Assembly: GCA_964648715.1 (NCBI GenBank)
Contig: CAZYNM010000007.1
Coordinates: 1,436-65,435 of the forward strand
From: an uncultured Pseudomonadales bacterium
Lineage (GTDB): Bacteria > Patescibacteriota > Microgenomatia > UBA1400 > PJMF01
Direction: 5' to 3'
DNA: 64,000 bases
Of the stretch, positions 1 through 8,651 are shown one piece after another. The first letter of the stretch is position 1; every line of letters starts with the position of its first letter. The notes beneath the pieces were generated by a model, which was not told where the DNA came from, did not search any database, and worked only from the letters and a program-made list of their open reading frames with translations. Position numbers and translations under genes: made by a program.

Positions 1-1359
1 CTCTGGGGGCATAAAACCACTAAAGCCATTATAGAGTGCTTTGCCATGGTGTAACTGATAGAGCATCCGATTGTCTTCAAGTCCTTCAAACGGTACCATA
101 TCCCACTGTGACAGTGGCAATTCTGCGAGCGTTTTTTCTGGTGCAGCGGCAACAGCTGCATAGATAGGTGGTATTGTGGTAGCAATGGGGATAAGGGGCA
201 CATAGGTGTACCGTAACCATAGCATGGCTGCCAGCCAGATGGTCCCCCCTGCTAGAAGTATGAAACGTGGTACTTGGCGTCTCGAAAGTACCTCTCCCAG
301 TGATAATGTAAGCCCAAAGTTAAGGAGTACACTCCAGCGTGTTACAGCTCGAAATGCTTGGATACCCGGAACAATGTAGTACAGAACAGCATATGGTAAT
401 GGAATGGCAAAACCAAGCGGTTTGAACGTAGTATCGCCAAGTTTAATCACCGGACCCAGCATGCACACTGCACCGGTGCCGGCCATGATTAGCCAAGTAG
501 TTAGGTCAGAATTGTTCTGCTTGCCCTGGACGTGCCACACACGCTCTAGCACTATAGTGAAGATAAGTAAGCCTAGTACGTCTGGCCACAAAAGACGAGT
601 AATGGAAAACGAAAAATGGGCAGTATCACGGATGCTGCGTGCAGCGTGATAGGTGGCAGCTGTCTCTACCCATGGCAGGTAGTACCAAGCACACACTCCC
701 AACGTTACACTCACAATACTGAGAAACATATTGTCGGTGAGGACCGCACGCACTTTCTGTTCTGAAACAACTAATACTAGCGCGGCGGCAGCACACACGT
801 AGCCAGTAAAGGGAGAGTTGAGTGCTTGGGCCACAAAAAAAACTGCCCACAAGAGTGCATAGAATGGGCTTTTTGAATAGAGATACCTCTGGAGAGCCCA
901 GATACTTAGAGGAAGTCCTGCTAGTAAGTACGTGTGTAGATGCACCATAAATTGGAGCTGCAAAAAAGATGTTGCAAACACCAGCGCGATACCAGCAGCC
1001 AGGGAAGATGACTTCCATAGCGAGCGCGCTAACACAAAAAAAGCCAGGAAATTGGTCATACTACCCAAGACAATAAAGGTGTTGTGTTGGGCTATGGGAT
1101 TACTGGTGAACTGCGCAATGATCACTGCTACTGCACCAGCAGTGATAAAAGGATCTGAGTAGGTAACGGTGTATGGATATGGATGAAAAAAAGGCCAATG
1201 GTACCAGCTACCTGTCCCCTGCCAAGCCGTACTGCTTTGCTGTATAAGCCAAATAATGAGTGGGCCATCATTGGGTGAAGTGGTATGTGTGGTCCAGTGT
1301 GTAAAAAGTGTGAAATGAAACAGAATAAGGAGCAGCAGTGCTGCCAGAGCTGCTTTCAT
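1..1359 (-). CDS. Polytopic membrane protein (GT-C/YfhO-like), 3' end runs off the window
   Basis: The ATG at 1359 overlaps the mnmA stop (ATGA). The frame reads MKAALAALLLILFHF...NDGPLIIW...PFFHPYPYTVTYSDPF with many hydrophobic segments. It is absent from the ORF track, consistent with no stop before position 1. Confidence 0.65.
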   Translation of the reverse strand, partial: MKAALAALLLLILFHFTLFTHWTTHTTSPNDGPLIIWLIQQSSTAWQGTGSWYHWPFFHPYPYTVTYSDPFITAGAVAVIIAQFTSNPIAQHNTFIVLGSMTNFLAFFVLARSLWKSSSLAAGIALVFATSFLQLQFMVHLHTYLLAGLPLSIWALQRYLYSKSPFYALLWAVFFVAQALNSPFTGYVCAAAALVLVVSEQKVRAVLTDNMFLSIVSVTLGVCAWYYLPWVETAATYHAARSIRDTAHFSFSITRLLWPDVLGLLIFTIVLERVWHVQGKQNNSDLTTWLIMAGTGAVCMLGPVIKLGDTTFKPLGFAIPLPYAVLYYIVPGIQAFRAVTRWSVLLNFGLTLSLGEVLSRRQVPRFILLAGGTIWLAAMLWLRYTYVPLIPIATTIPPIYAAVAAAPEKTLAELPLSQWDMVPFEGLEDNRMLYQLHHGKALYNGFSGFMPPE

Positions 1360-2441
1360 GACATGAGTGCTCCGCCAAGACAGACCGTGCGTCCATCTCG
1401 CTCGGTATAGAACACTGCTGCCTGACCTTCTGCAATACCTTGGATTGGTTCACTAAGTGTCACGGTGCCCTGCCCGTTATCTTGATTTTCTTGCAGTAGT
1501 GTACAGGTTATTCGTTTGCCAAGATGTCTTATGCGCACAGTGAGTTGTTCGCTAGGAAGTGGTGTCTCGATCCAATGGAGTTCACGGATGTTAAAAGTGG
1601 CTGCGTAGGTCTCTGCGCCAAACCCCACAACCAATGTGTTTGTCTCTGGTAGCTTCCGTACGACATAGTAGGGAGGAAAATTATCTTTTTCAAAGCTGCT
1701 GCCATCTTGCAAAGTTACCACAGTTTTCTTGTCTATTGTAAAGCCGTGCCTTTGACCAATGGTGTAGAACCACAACCCACTATGTTGTCCAATTGTACGA
1801 CCTTGCACATCTACAACTGGTCCCGGATTTTCACCTAGTCTCTCCTTGAGAAAGGCGTGCACATTGATATCACCAATAAAACAAATTCCTACAGAATCTT
1901 TTTTGTGCGCCACGGCTAATCCTCGTTCTTCCGCTTGTCGGCGTACTTCTGTTTTTGTATAGCTTGCCAGAGGAAAAACACAGTGTTTAAGTTGTTTTTG
2001 TTGCAAAAGATACAAGAAATATGTCTGATCTTTGTGTGTATCTTTGGGTATGCAGAGTGAAGAATTGTGGATAGCAGCGTAATGTCCAGTTGCTATGGCA
2101 TCATAGCCATGCTCAAGTGCCCAGTCATAAAACAGACCAAACTTGATTTCTTTATTACACAGCACATCGGGATTGGGAGTGCGGCCAGCAGCGTACTCAG
2201 AAAAGAAATACTCCACTACACTGTCTCTATATTTTTGCTTAAAATCTAATACTTGAAACGGAATTCCTAGATCAAGCGCAACCTTGAGTGCATCCGCCCG
2301 GTCTTGTTCGGTTCTACAGCCCGGTGCACGCCAGCACTCTAAGTATACTCCGGTTACCGCGTACCCCGCTTCTGTGAGGAGATGTGCACACAGGGAAGAA
2401 TCTACTCCTCCGCTCATACCAAGTGCAATTTTTTTCTTCAT
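1356..2441 (-). CDS. mnmA: tRNA-specific 2-thiouridylase
   Basis: SGGVDSS PP-loop, TPNPDVLCNKEIKFG, ATGHYA, KDQTYFL, DSVGICFIG, TIGQRHG. Confidence 0.97.
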   Translation of the reverse strand: MKKKIALGMSGGVDSSLCAHLLTEAGYAVTGVYLECWRAPGCRTEQDRADALKVALDLGIPFQVLDFKQKYRDSVVEYFFSEYAAGRTPNPDVLCNKEIKFGLFYDWALEHGYDAIATGHYAAIHNSSLCIPKDTHKDQTYFLYLLQQKQLKHCVFPLASYTKTEVRRQAEERGLAVAHKKDSVGICFIGDINVHAFLKERLGENPGPVVDVQGRTIGQHSGLWFYTIGQRHGFTIDKKTVVTLQDGSSFEKDNFPPYYVVRKLPETNTLVVGFGAETYAATFNIRELHWIETPLPSEQLTVRIRHLGKRITCTLLQENQDNGQGTVTLSEPIQGIAEGQAAVFYTERDGRTVCLGGALMS

Positions 2442-2478
2442 GAGAAGCGTATTATAACAAGTACATAACTAACTAGTC

Positions 2479-3252
2479 TCAGTAGGTAATTTCTCTAAAG
2501 GGAAGCTCTAAAGTTGTGTACTGCTGTACCTCCGTCCGTGGTAATTGTTCCCCACCAGATACACGATAAATGCCAGGCCCTGTTTGTGAAAGACCATAAA
2601 AGTATACAAAGCCTTCTGGACTAAGCGGCACTGAGTCGTGTTGTTCCGTACCAGCACTAACCTGTGGTTGATAGCCAAAACGAAGTTTATATTCTAAATT
2701 CCCCACGGTATTAATGACGCCAAAAGCATTCCTACTCCGGCCTGCGGAGATCGCTGTACAGGCTTGTTCTTTGGACCATTCTAAAAAGGCATAGTCAAGC
2801 AATGCACCTACCGATGATCTGCCACCTGCAGGCAGCTCGATACGATCATTGGCACGAAATGCAATGCTAGAACGGTGCGTGTGGGGAGCAAAGGTGAATA
2901 CCAGTGTGGCAACGACTTGAGCTTCCTGAGAGATACTAATGAGGTAGACATCTTTTTCTTCTTCACACTTATGCACATACCACTGTGGTGTGGCGAGAAG
3001 CTCGTAACCTTGTTCATTCATCTTTGCAGTGTAGTAAGGTAACCAAGCCTCAAATGCAGCAGCGTCAAGCTTCTTACACTCTTGTGTGAGATGTGCTTGT
3101 GTCATGACATCGCCACGCTTCCTGAGGAATCCGCGCAGCGACTTGCTCTTAACGGCAGAAAGTATGTCTGGAGCATGAATGGGGAAAAACCAACTCACTT
3201 TTTCTGGTCTCTGAACGGCATGCGGGGTGAGGTCAAATAAGTTGTGTTGCAT
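2479..3252 (-). CDS. GNAT/Fem-fold-like protein, paralog 2 (start revised to MQHNLF)
   Basis: Colinear with 3233-4021 (KSKSLR, WLPYY..KMN, LLATPQWY, GALLDYAF, ISAGRSRNAFG, LEYKLRFG). The C-terminal G...FK..FG pattern resembles Fem/Acetyltransf_6. Confidence 0.55.
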   Translation of the reverse strand: MQHNLFDLTPHAVQRPEKVSWFFPIHAPDILSAVKSKSLRGFLRKRGDVMTQAHLTQECKKLDAAAFEAWLPYYTAKMNEQGYELLATPQWYVHKCEEEKDVYLISISQEAQVVATLVFTFAPHTHRSSIAFRANDRIELPAGGRSSVGALLDYAFLEWSKEQACTAISAGRSRNAFGVINTVGNLEYKLRFGYQPQVSAGTEQHDSVPLSPEGFVYFYGLSQTGPGIYRVSGGEQLPRTEVQQYTTLELPFREITY

Positions 3253-4021
3253 AGGGGTGGAGTAACCTTTCGATTCCTGGCGTTCCGTACTGTTTTTCAA
3301 GTTGTTCGGTGGACAGGGTGTCACTTGCCACAAAGAGACGTAATGTAGCTGTAGTGGGGCCGGAAAGTACGTACGCTGCGACACCTGGTTGACCTGCAGT
3401 TGCTGCAGGAATGGTGGTGAGAAGTTCTTCTCCGGGAATATATACTGGTTCATAAAAGTTGGTTTTGAACTCTAAATACCCCAACGTTGTCTGGGCGCCA
3501 AATGCATTATAGGAGCGGCCACCAGAAATAGTGGCTACTTGTTCTTGACAGCATGCACGAATAAAGAAGTAATCGATGAGAGAGCCAAGTGAACTATTTG
3601 ATTGTGAGGAAAGTGACAAAAGCTCACTGGCCTTAAACGCAAGAGTCGCAAGCTCTGTGCCTTTTTGTGAGACAATACCTGTACCCACCAGTAAGTTTTG
3701 TTTGTAGAAAAACAGACCACGGATAATCTTGCCTTCAGCAATTTTTTCATCATACCATTGTGGAGATGCCAATAAGTCATGGTTTCTTGCATTCATTCTT
3801 GTCTTATAAAAAGGCAACCAGTCAAGATAGTTTTGTCGTGTGAGCTGTTCGTACTGCCAGCGAATACCATTGGCAGCAAGGTTTTCTTCTGCCCGTAACA
3901 CAAACTTTCGCAAAGACTTACTACGTATCCCTGCAAAACATTGATCTCTATCACCGTGATAATACCAACGAATCCGCTGTGGTCTAACGAAGCCGAGAGG
4001 TCTGATGTCAATGTGTTGCAT
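3233..4021 (-). CDS. GNAT/Fem-fold-like protein, paralog 1 (start revised to MQHIDI)
   Basis: RSKSLR, WLPFY..RMN, LLASPQWY, GSLIDYFF, ISGGRSYNAFG, YLEFKTNF; overlaps both neighbours. Confidence 0.55.
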   Translation of the reverse strand: MQHIDIRPLGFVRPQRIRWYYHGDRDQCFAGIRSKSLRKFVLRAEENLAANGIRWQYEQLTRQNYLDWLPFYKTRMNARNHDLLASPQWYDEKIAEGKIIRGLFFYKQNLLVGTGIVSQKGTELATLAFKASELLSLSSQSNSSLGSLIDYFFIRACCQEQVATISGGRSYNAFGAQTTLGYLEFKTNFYEPVYIPGEELLTTIPAATAGQPGVAAYVLSGPTTATLRLFVASDTLSTEQLEKQYGTPGIERLLHPYATQLI

Positions 4022-5699
4022 CTGCTTCCACTGGATTGAATAAACTACGGTAAGAAACCATGGTAGCGCGTTCAAGTACGGCATGCCAAGGGCTCTGCGG
4101 ATCCGTGACTTTCTCAAACGGAATTTTACCAATCATAAAGTAGTCAAGCAGATCGAGGATAGCATCACGACCAAGTTCTTCTAAATAATCATGGAGTTTT
4201 TCGGTATGCGCAGGATCTTGATCTACCTGTGAGCCCAAAAAAGTCCGAGCTATCGCCTTACCAATTTTAGTGATGTACTGCACGTTGAAATCTCTGGTTG
4301 CTTCAATATGTGGGTGTGTTCTGTCATTATTTTCTAATGGCAGCATGCGCTTGAAGAAGTCAAAAAGTGCCATTTGACCCTCAAAATAAATGGTGTCTTT
4401 GGGGAAGGTTTCTGCAACCAACAGGGTATGTGCTGTGCCAGCTTGGCTGATTGTAACAGGAACTGCTTGGTGATTGAGGGTGGTCCCTCGCTGAATACGC
4501 CACAGAATATCTCCCGCATCTTGTTCGGGAATACCGTACTCTCTCAATTGAGTGTAGATATCTTGTAGCGAGTGTTTGGCTTTCACTGTTCCATCTACAT
4601 CAGCTGCTGTCTTGAGACAGAGTGCAATTGCATAGTAGCGTGCAGCCATCTTTGCTTGTCGCTCATGACCAAACAACTCACCAGCCAAAAGCTCTGCTAG
4701 GACCGCAAGACCTTCGTCGGTTGTCTCGTATCCTTCTGTTCCCTCTTGGAGCAATGTCACTGATTGCCGGGATCCATTCTCGCCACGTATGATATGAACA
4801 AACTCATGCGACACAAATAACTCAATTTCTGTGGGGTCATATGTTTCACTTTCAGGTATACGAATCACTTTTGCTTTGGCATTGACTGTTGTTGCCACTG
4901 AGGCATCAATAATAACGTTCCAACTATCTGCAATACCCAACCTTTTTAAGAAGACGGTATATAAGTGTTTAGTTTCTTGTGGTTGAAGTGGTTCATCAGA
5001 ACTCAGCCGTTCCAATGACAAAGGGGCCAGTTCAGCATCAGTCAAACGAAAATAATTTTGAAATGAATCTGTCTTGTGTATATCTTCTTTTTGAGTTGCT
5101 TGGGACAGCTCAAGTACCGTGCGGGCTGCATCCTCATACTGGAGTGTCACCTCACCACGTTGTTGGGTTTTCTCCAGATCAAGGAGAACAGATAAACGCG
5201 GTGAGCCGGCTGCATTGGTAAATTCTGGAGTTCCTATGACTTGCCCTGTCTCACAAAACTGCAACCAAGCAGTTGCCTTCTCTGCATACGCCTCTTTGAC
5301 TGCTGCGGGGATCTGCGCACCTTCAAGCATGTGTAAAAAGGCGTTGAGCTTGTGGTGATATGCAGCAAGTTGTTGGGGCATATGAAGGGCGATGACCTCT
5401 TGAACACTTGCTGGAGCAGTGGCACTATCTTGGTGAATGGTATATAAAGGGGCTGCGGGTTGAAACTCGGTTATCTTTTGTTGATAGTTTTGTTCGAGCG
5501 TTTTTTTGAACATGGTGCGATAGGCGGCGGGAACCCCCACAGCATCCAAAATCCCAAAATTATTTTTAGGAAGCAATTCCTCCCATTGCTGTACGACTTC
5601 GGCGATACACTCTGCTTCGCCCTGGTCTTTGACAACTTCTTGTTGAAGCGTTGTGCCACCATCAAGAAAAGCTAGTAATTCGGCAGTCTCTTTGTTCAT
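4008..5699 (-). CDS. DUF1704/MATCAP-like (QEGLA-type) zinc metallo-carboxypeptidase
   Basis: SHEFVHIIRGENG..Q and TTDEGLAVLAE, followed by RIQRG, KDTIYFEG and GKI. Confidence 0.8.
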   Translation of the reverse strand: MNKETAELLAFLDGGTTLQQEVVKDQGEAECIAEVVQQWEELLPKNNFGILDAVGVPAAYRTMFKKTLEQNYQQKITEFQPAAPLYTIHQDSATAPASVQEVIALHMPQQLAAYHHKLNAFLHMLEGAQIPAAVKEAYAEKATAWLQFCETGQVIGTPEFTNAAGSPRLSVLLDLEKTQQRGEVTLQYEDAARTVLELSQATQKEDIHKTDSFQNYFRLTDAELAPLSLERLSSDEPLQPQETKHLYTVFLKRLGIADSWNVIIDASVATTVNAKAKVIRIPESETYDPTEIELFVSHEFVHIIRGENGSRQSVTLLQEGTEGYETTDEGLAVLAELLAGELFGHERQAKMAARYYAIALCLKTAADVDGTVKAKHSLQDIYTQLREYGIPEQDAGDILWRIQRGTTLNHQAVPVTISQAGTAHTLLVAETFPKDTIYFEGQMALFDFFKRMLPLENNDRTHPHIEATRDFNVQYITKIGKAIARTFLGSQVDQDPAHTEKLHDYLEELGRDAILDLLDYFMIGKIPFEKVTDPQSPWHAVLERATMVSYRSLFNPVEADATH

Positions 5700-6748
5700 A
5701 CAACCTTTGCACTCAATTCTGGGAACATGACAAGGACAAACTCACGGTCAGTGTATCGTTTTTGTCCTTCATATGGAAACTCATGAATACACAATCCAGG
5801 TGAGCTGTTAATCTCAACAATGATGTATGTGTCAGGTGTTTGTGGCTGTGTAATGTCTTGAGACATGAAGTCCACCCCGGCAAAGTGGAGACCTGGAATA
5901 GCACGCACTGCCTGTACTGCAATCTCTTTAACAGAAGGATGCACACGGTCAGTCATATCAATACTGTCTCCCCCTTGCATTACATTGGAGACAGAACGTA
6001 AAAATACTTTTTGACCAGCAACAGGAATGCTTTGAAGTGTTAGGTTTTGGCGAGTAAGGTTGGCCATCATGTCGTCATTTTTTTCAATAATGAAAAGTGC
6101 ATAATCAAGTGTGCGGCCACGACGTGGGTCAGCATTTTTACGATCAACTAATGTCTCAACAGTACTTATGCCGTCCCCCACTACATTGGCTGGTTCTCGA
6201 TGAATGATACCTACTACTTTTTCTCGAGTAGTAAGTACTCGATATTCCTTACCAGAAAATTGTTCTTCAACTAGTGCCCCAGCGTCTTCATCGCTGGTAA
6301 ACGATAGCGCTTTTTTGAGTGCAACCCGATACGCATCTAAGTCTTGAATATTCATACTAATGGCCTGTCCTTGCAAACCATGTGTAGGCTTCACAACCAC
6401 GGGTTTATGTAGTGCTTCAAAGACACGTGTGGTGTAGGCATCAGTATCAGTAGCGTCAACTTTGTATCCGTTCGCTACCTGTATACCGGCGTTTCTGAGC
6501 AATGTATTGGTGGTGTTCTTATCTAGACATGAAGAAAAACCAATGTCTGTCGTATCAGCTGACACTTGGTAGCGGAAATACTTCGTTGTGCCATGATACG
6601 TAAGCTCAAGGATTCGTGTTCCAGGAATGGGTCTCCATTCTACTCCAAGTGCCTCAGCTTGTTCCAAAATGAGTTTAGTGCTGAGAGGAATAGGAATCTC
6701 GCGAAATCCGTCTATTGTGCGGATGGTGTGAACATATGTTGTGCTCAT
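5696..6748 (-). CDS. ATP-grasp ligase, cyanophycin-synthetase/GshAB ATP-grasp-like
   Basis: VVVKPTHGLQG, VEEQFSGKEYRV, REPANVVGDG, KNADPRRG, SNVMQGG, GVD, IVEINSSPG. Confidence 0.85.
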   Translation of the reverse strand: MSTTYVHTIRTIDGFREIPIPLSTKLILEQAEALGVEWRPIPGTRILELTYHGTTKYFRYQVSADTTDIGFSSCLDKNTTNTLLRNAGIQVANGYKVDATDTDAYTTRVFEALHKPVVVKPTHGLQGQAISMNIQDLDAYRVALKKALSFTSDEDAGALVEEQFSGKEYRVLTTREKVVGIIHREPANVVGDGISTVETLVDRKNADPRRGRTLDYALFIIEKNDDMMANLTRQNLTLQSIPVAGQKVFLRSVSNVMQGGDSIDMTDRVHPSVKEIAVQAVRAIPGLHFAGVDFMSQDITQPQTPDTYIIVEINSSPGLCIHEFPYEGQKRYTDREFVLVMFPELSAKVV

Positions 6749-7701
6749 AGGTGCTCCTGTACGTACTTGAGTATACTCCCTGCTACATTTCGAGGACTAC
6801 CTTGTAATGGGTAGTGATGCATTCGTAGCCCCGGTGAGGCATTGACTTCAATGACTCCTGCGTTCTTTTGCATTGTAATGGGCGTGGTGAGAGATGTGCA
6901 CATGATATCTATACCAATCACGTTGAGATCACAGACACGTGCAATCTGTTCAAATACTGCTGCATTTTCTGGACAAACAGTATCTGTAACATCCCATGCT
7001 TCACCACCGGTGGATAAATTGGCAGTTTTGCGCAAGTGCACTTCTGTGCCTTGCAGCGGCACCGCATCAAGTGCAGAGCCTTGTTCGTTCAAGTATTCGG
7101 TAACTAGTTCATCCACGGTAATGAGACTTAAATTATTTTGATGACCTTCACCTCTCCAAGGATGTTTATTCTTTTCAGTGATCAGTTGTTGTACGGTGTG
7201 TACTCCATCACCAATCACATGAGCTGGCTTACGAAATGCGGCTGCGACAAACTGGTAACCCACACAAACAATACGATACTCTGTGCCAGACAGCATCTCT
7301 TCAAAAAGAACTATACCTTTTTGTGCACTAAAGTGGCGCTGTGCTTCTTCCATGGTCTTGATACCGACAATTACACCTTTGCCGTGACGTTCATCTACTG
7401 GTTTCATCACTAGTGGAAACGTAAGTGTTTTCAACTGATCTAATTCTGTTTCTGTTTTGACGACACAGCCACGTGCAGTGGGTAGTGAAAAGTGTGTCAA
7501 AATTTTTTTGGTGAGTGGTTTGTAGTCTGCAATTGTTTTTCCCACAGAAGATTGCAGGCTTGTTCGCGAACCTCTGGTATACCACTGCTTCTCATCTTTC
7601 TCCATGAAAATAGTTTCATTGTCATCAAAGAGTGTACATTTTATTCCTTGTTTCAGTGCACTCTCGTGCATGATGCGTGAGCTTGCATTTAATGTGAGCA
7701 T
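6745..7701 (-). CDS. ATP-grasp ligase, cyanophycin-synthetase ATP-grasp-like
   Basis: VMKPVDERHGKGV, EEMLSGTEYRI, RKPAHVIGDG, NKHPWRGEGH, TANLSTGG, IEVNASPGLRMH. No Mur-ligase domain. Confidence 0.88.
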   Translation of the reverse strand: MLTLNASSRIMHESALKQGIKCTLFDDNETIFMEKDEKQWYTRGSRTSLQSSVGKTIADYKPLTKKILTHFSLPTARGCVVKTETELDQLKTLTFPLVMKPVDERHGKGVIVGIKTMEEAQRHFSAQKGIVLFEEMLSGTEYRIVCVGYQFVAAAFRKPAHVIGDGVHTVQQLITEKNKHPWRGEGHQNNLSLITVDELVTEYLNEQGSALDAVPLQGTEVHLRKTANLSTGGEAWDVTDTVCPENAAVFEQIARVCDLNVIGIDIMCTSLTTPITMQKNAGVIEVNASPGLRMHHYPLQGSPRNVAGSILKYVQEHL

Positions 7702-8651
7702 ACTTCCTTTACTACATCATCAAAATAATTTTGACTGCCTATTGTAGATATGTGATTGAGATACTGATCAAGTTCAAGAAAAAAGGTAGGAAGTGAAAGT
7801 TGTTCACTGGTAACTGTAGTAGAGAAGTTCCGTAATTCTTCTAGAGAAAGCCGACCCCAATACAGCTGGTGCGGATTACTTTTTTGATGAATGAGCCAGT
7901 CATAGACTTGAATACTTCCTTCCAAGTAGCACATCTCACGGCTAAAGAGTCCTGGCTGACTTGTGTCTGTCAAACCACGCTTTACTTTCACGGCGGTGTT
8001 CCAACTGGTCTGTTTTGATCGACCCAACCGTACTAATGTGTCAAATACTTCCGCAAAGGAAGCTTTTTGAGCTGTATATGCTGCGACATAGGAGAAAAAA
8101 GATTTATAAAATCGCTTATCTTGCCTAAGAAGATGGGTGTGCAAGTTGGCAATGCCCTCTTCTGTTCTACGAATCTCATGTTCTGGGCTTTCATAGGTGG
8201 ACCATGCTTGTGCTGCGTGGTTGCGGTAGCGTAAGACGTGTGTCTCAAGTTCGTGGCGAAGTAGGTCACCAAGCTGCTCTTTTGAGTACACTAACGGCAA
8301 TTGAAAATACAGTGCCGTAGGCGTGACCTTACAACGAGACACGAGATTACTATCAAAGTGAACTTCAAGCGGTGTATGAAGAGGGAACCGCTGATTAAAT
8401 GCGGCAACTTGGCTCACAATATCTTCTTGTGAAACGCGATCTGAGATTGCTGTGCTGCCAGGTGCAGGGAACCGCTGCAACATGTCATAGGCATATTCAT
8501 AGAGTCCTTGATGAGGCACGCCCCATTGGGTTAATAGTTCTGGTGCAGGTATGTCTGCATAGGTGAACTGTGGATTATAGGATACGTCGGCAAAGAATTT
8601 CTCTCTTTCCTCCAAAAGATTCGTCGGTTTAACTGCCATAAGCAAGTTCAT
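7689..8651 (-). CDS. MATCAP/KIAA0895-like (DUF1704) metallo-carboxypeptidase
   Basis: YNPQFTY, LRHELETHVLRYRN (HExxxH), TEEGIANLH, KVKRGLTDTSQPG, YLEG. Confidence 0.85.
   Translation of the reverse strand: MNLLMAVKPTNLLEEREKFFADVSYNPQFTYADIPAPELLTQWGVPHQGLYEYAYDMLQRFPAPGSTAISDRVSQEDIVSQVAAFNQRFPLHTPLEVHFDSNLVSRCKVTPTALYFQLPLVYSKEQLGDLLRHELETHVLRYRNHAAQAWSTYESPEHEIRRTEEGIANLHTHLLRQDKRFYKSFFSYVAAYTAQKASFAEVFDTLVRLGRSKQTSWNTAVKVKRGLTDTSQPGLFSREMCYLEGSIQVYDWLIHQKSNPHQLYWGRLSLEELRNFSTTVTSEQLSLPTFFLELDQYLNHISTIGSQNYFDDVVKEVCSH

Noticed and set aside
404-1162. Short track ORFs here, and the many antisense ORFs inside large genes across the window
   Set aside because: They are shadow frames of well-supported genes and have no recognisable motifs.
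5696-7701. Calling these cphA or gshAB
   Set aside because: Only the ATP-grasp domain is present; the Mur-ligase and GshA domains are absent.
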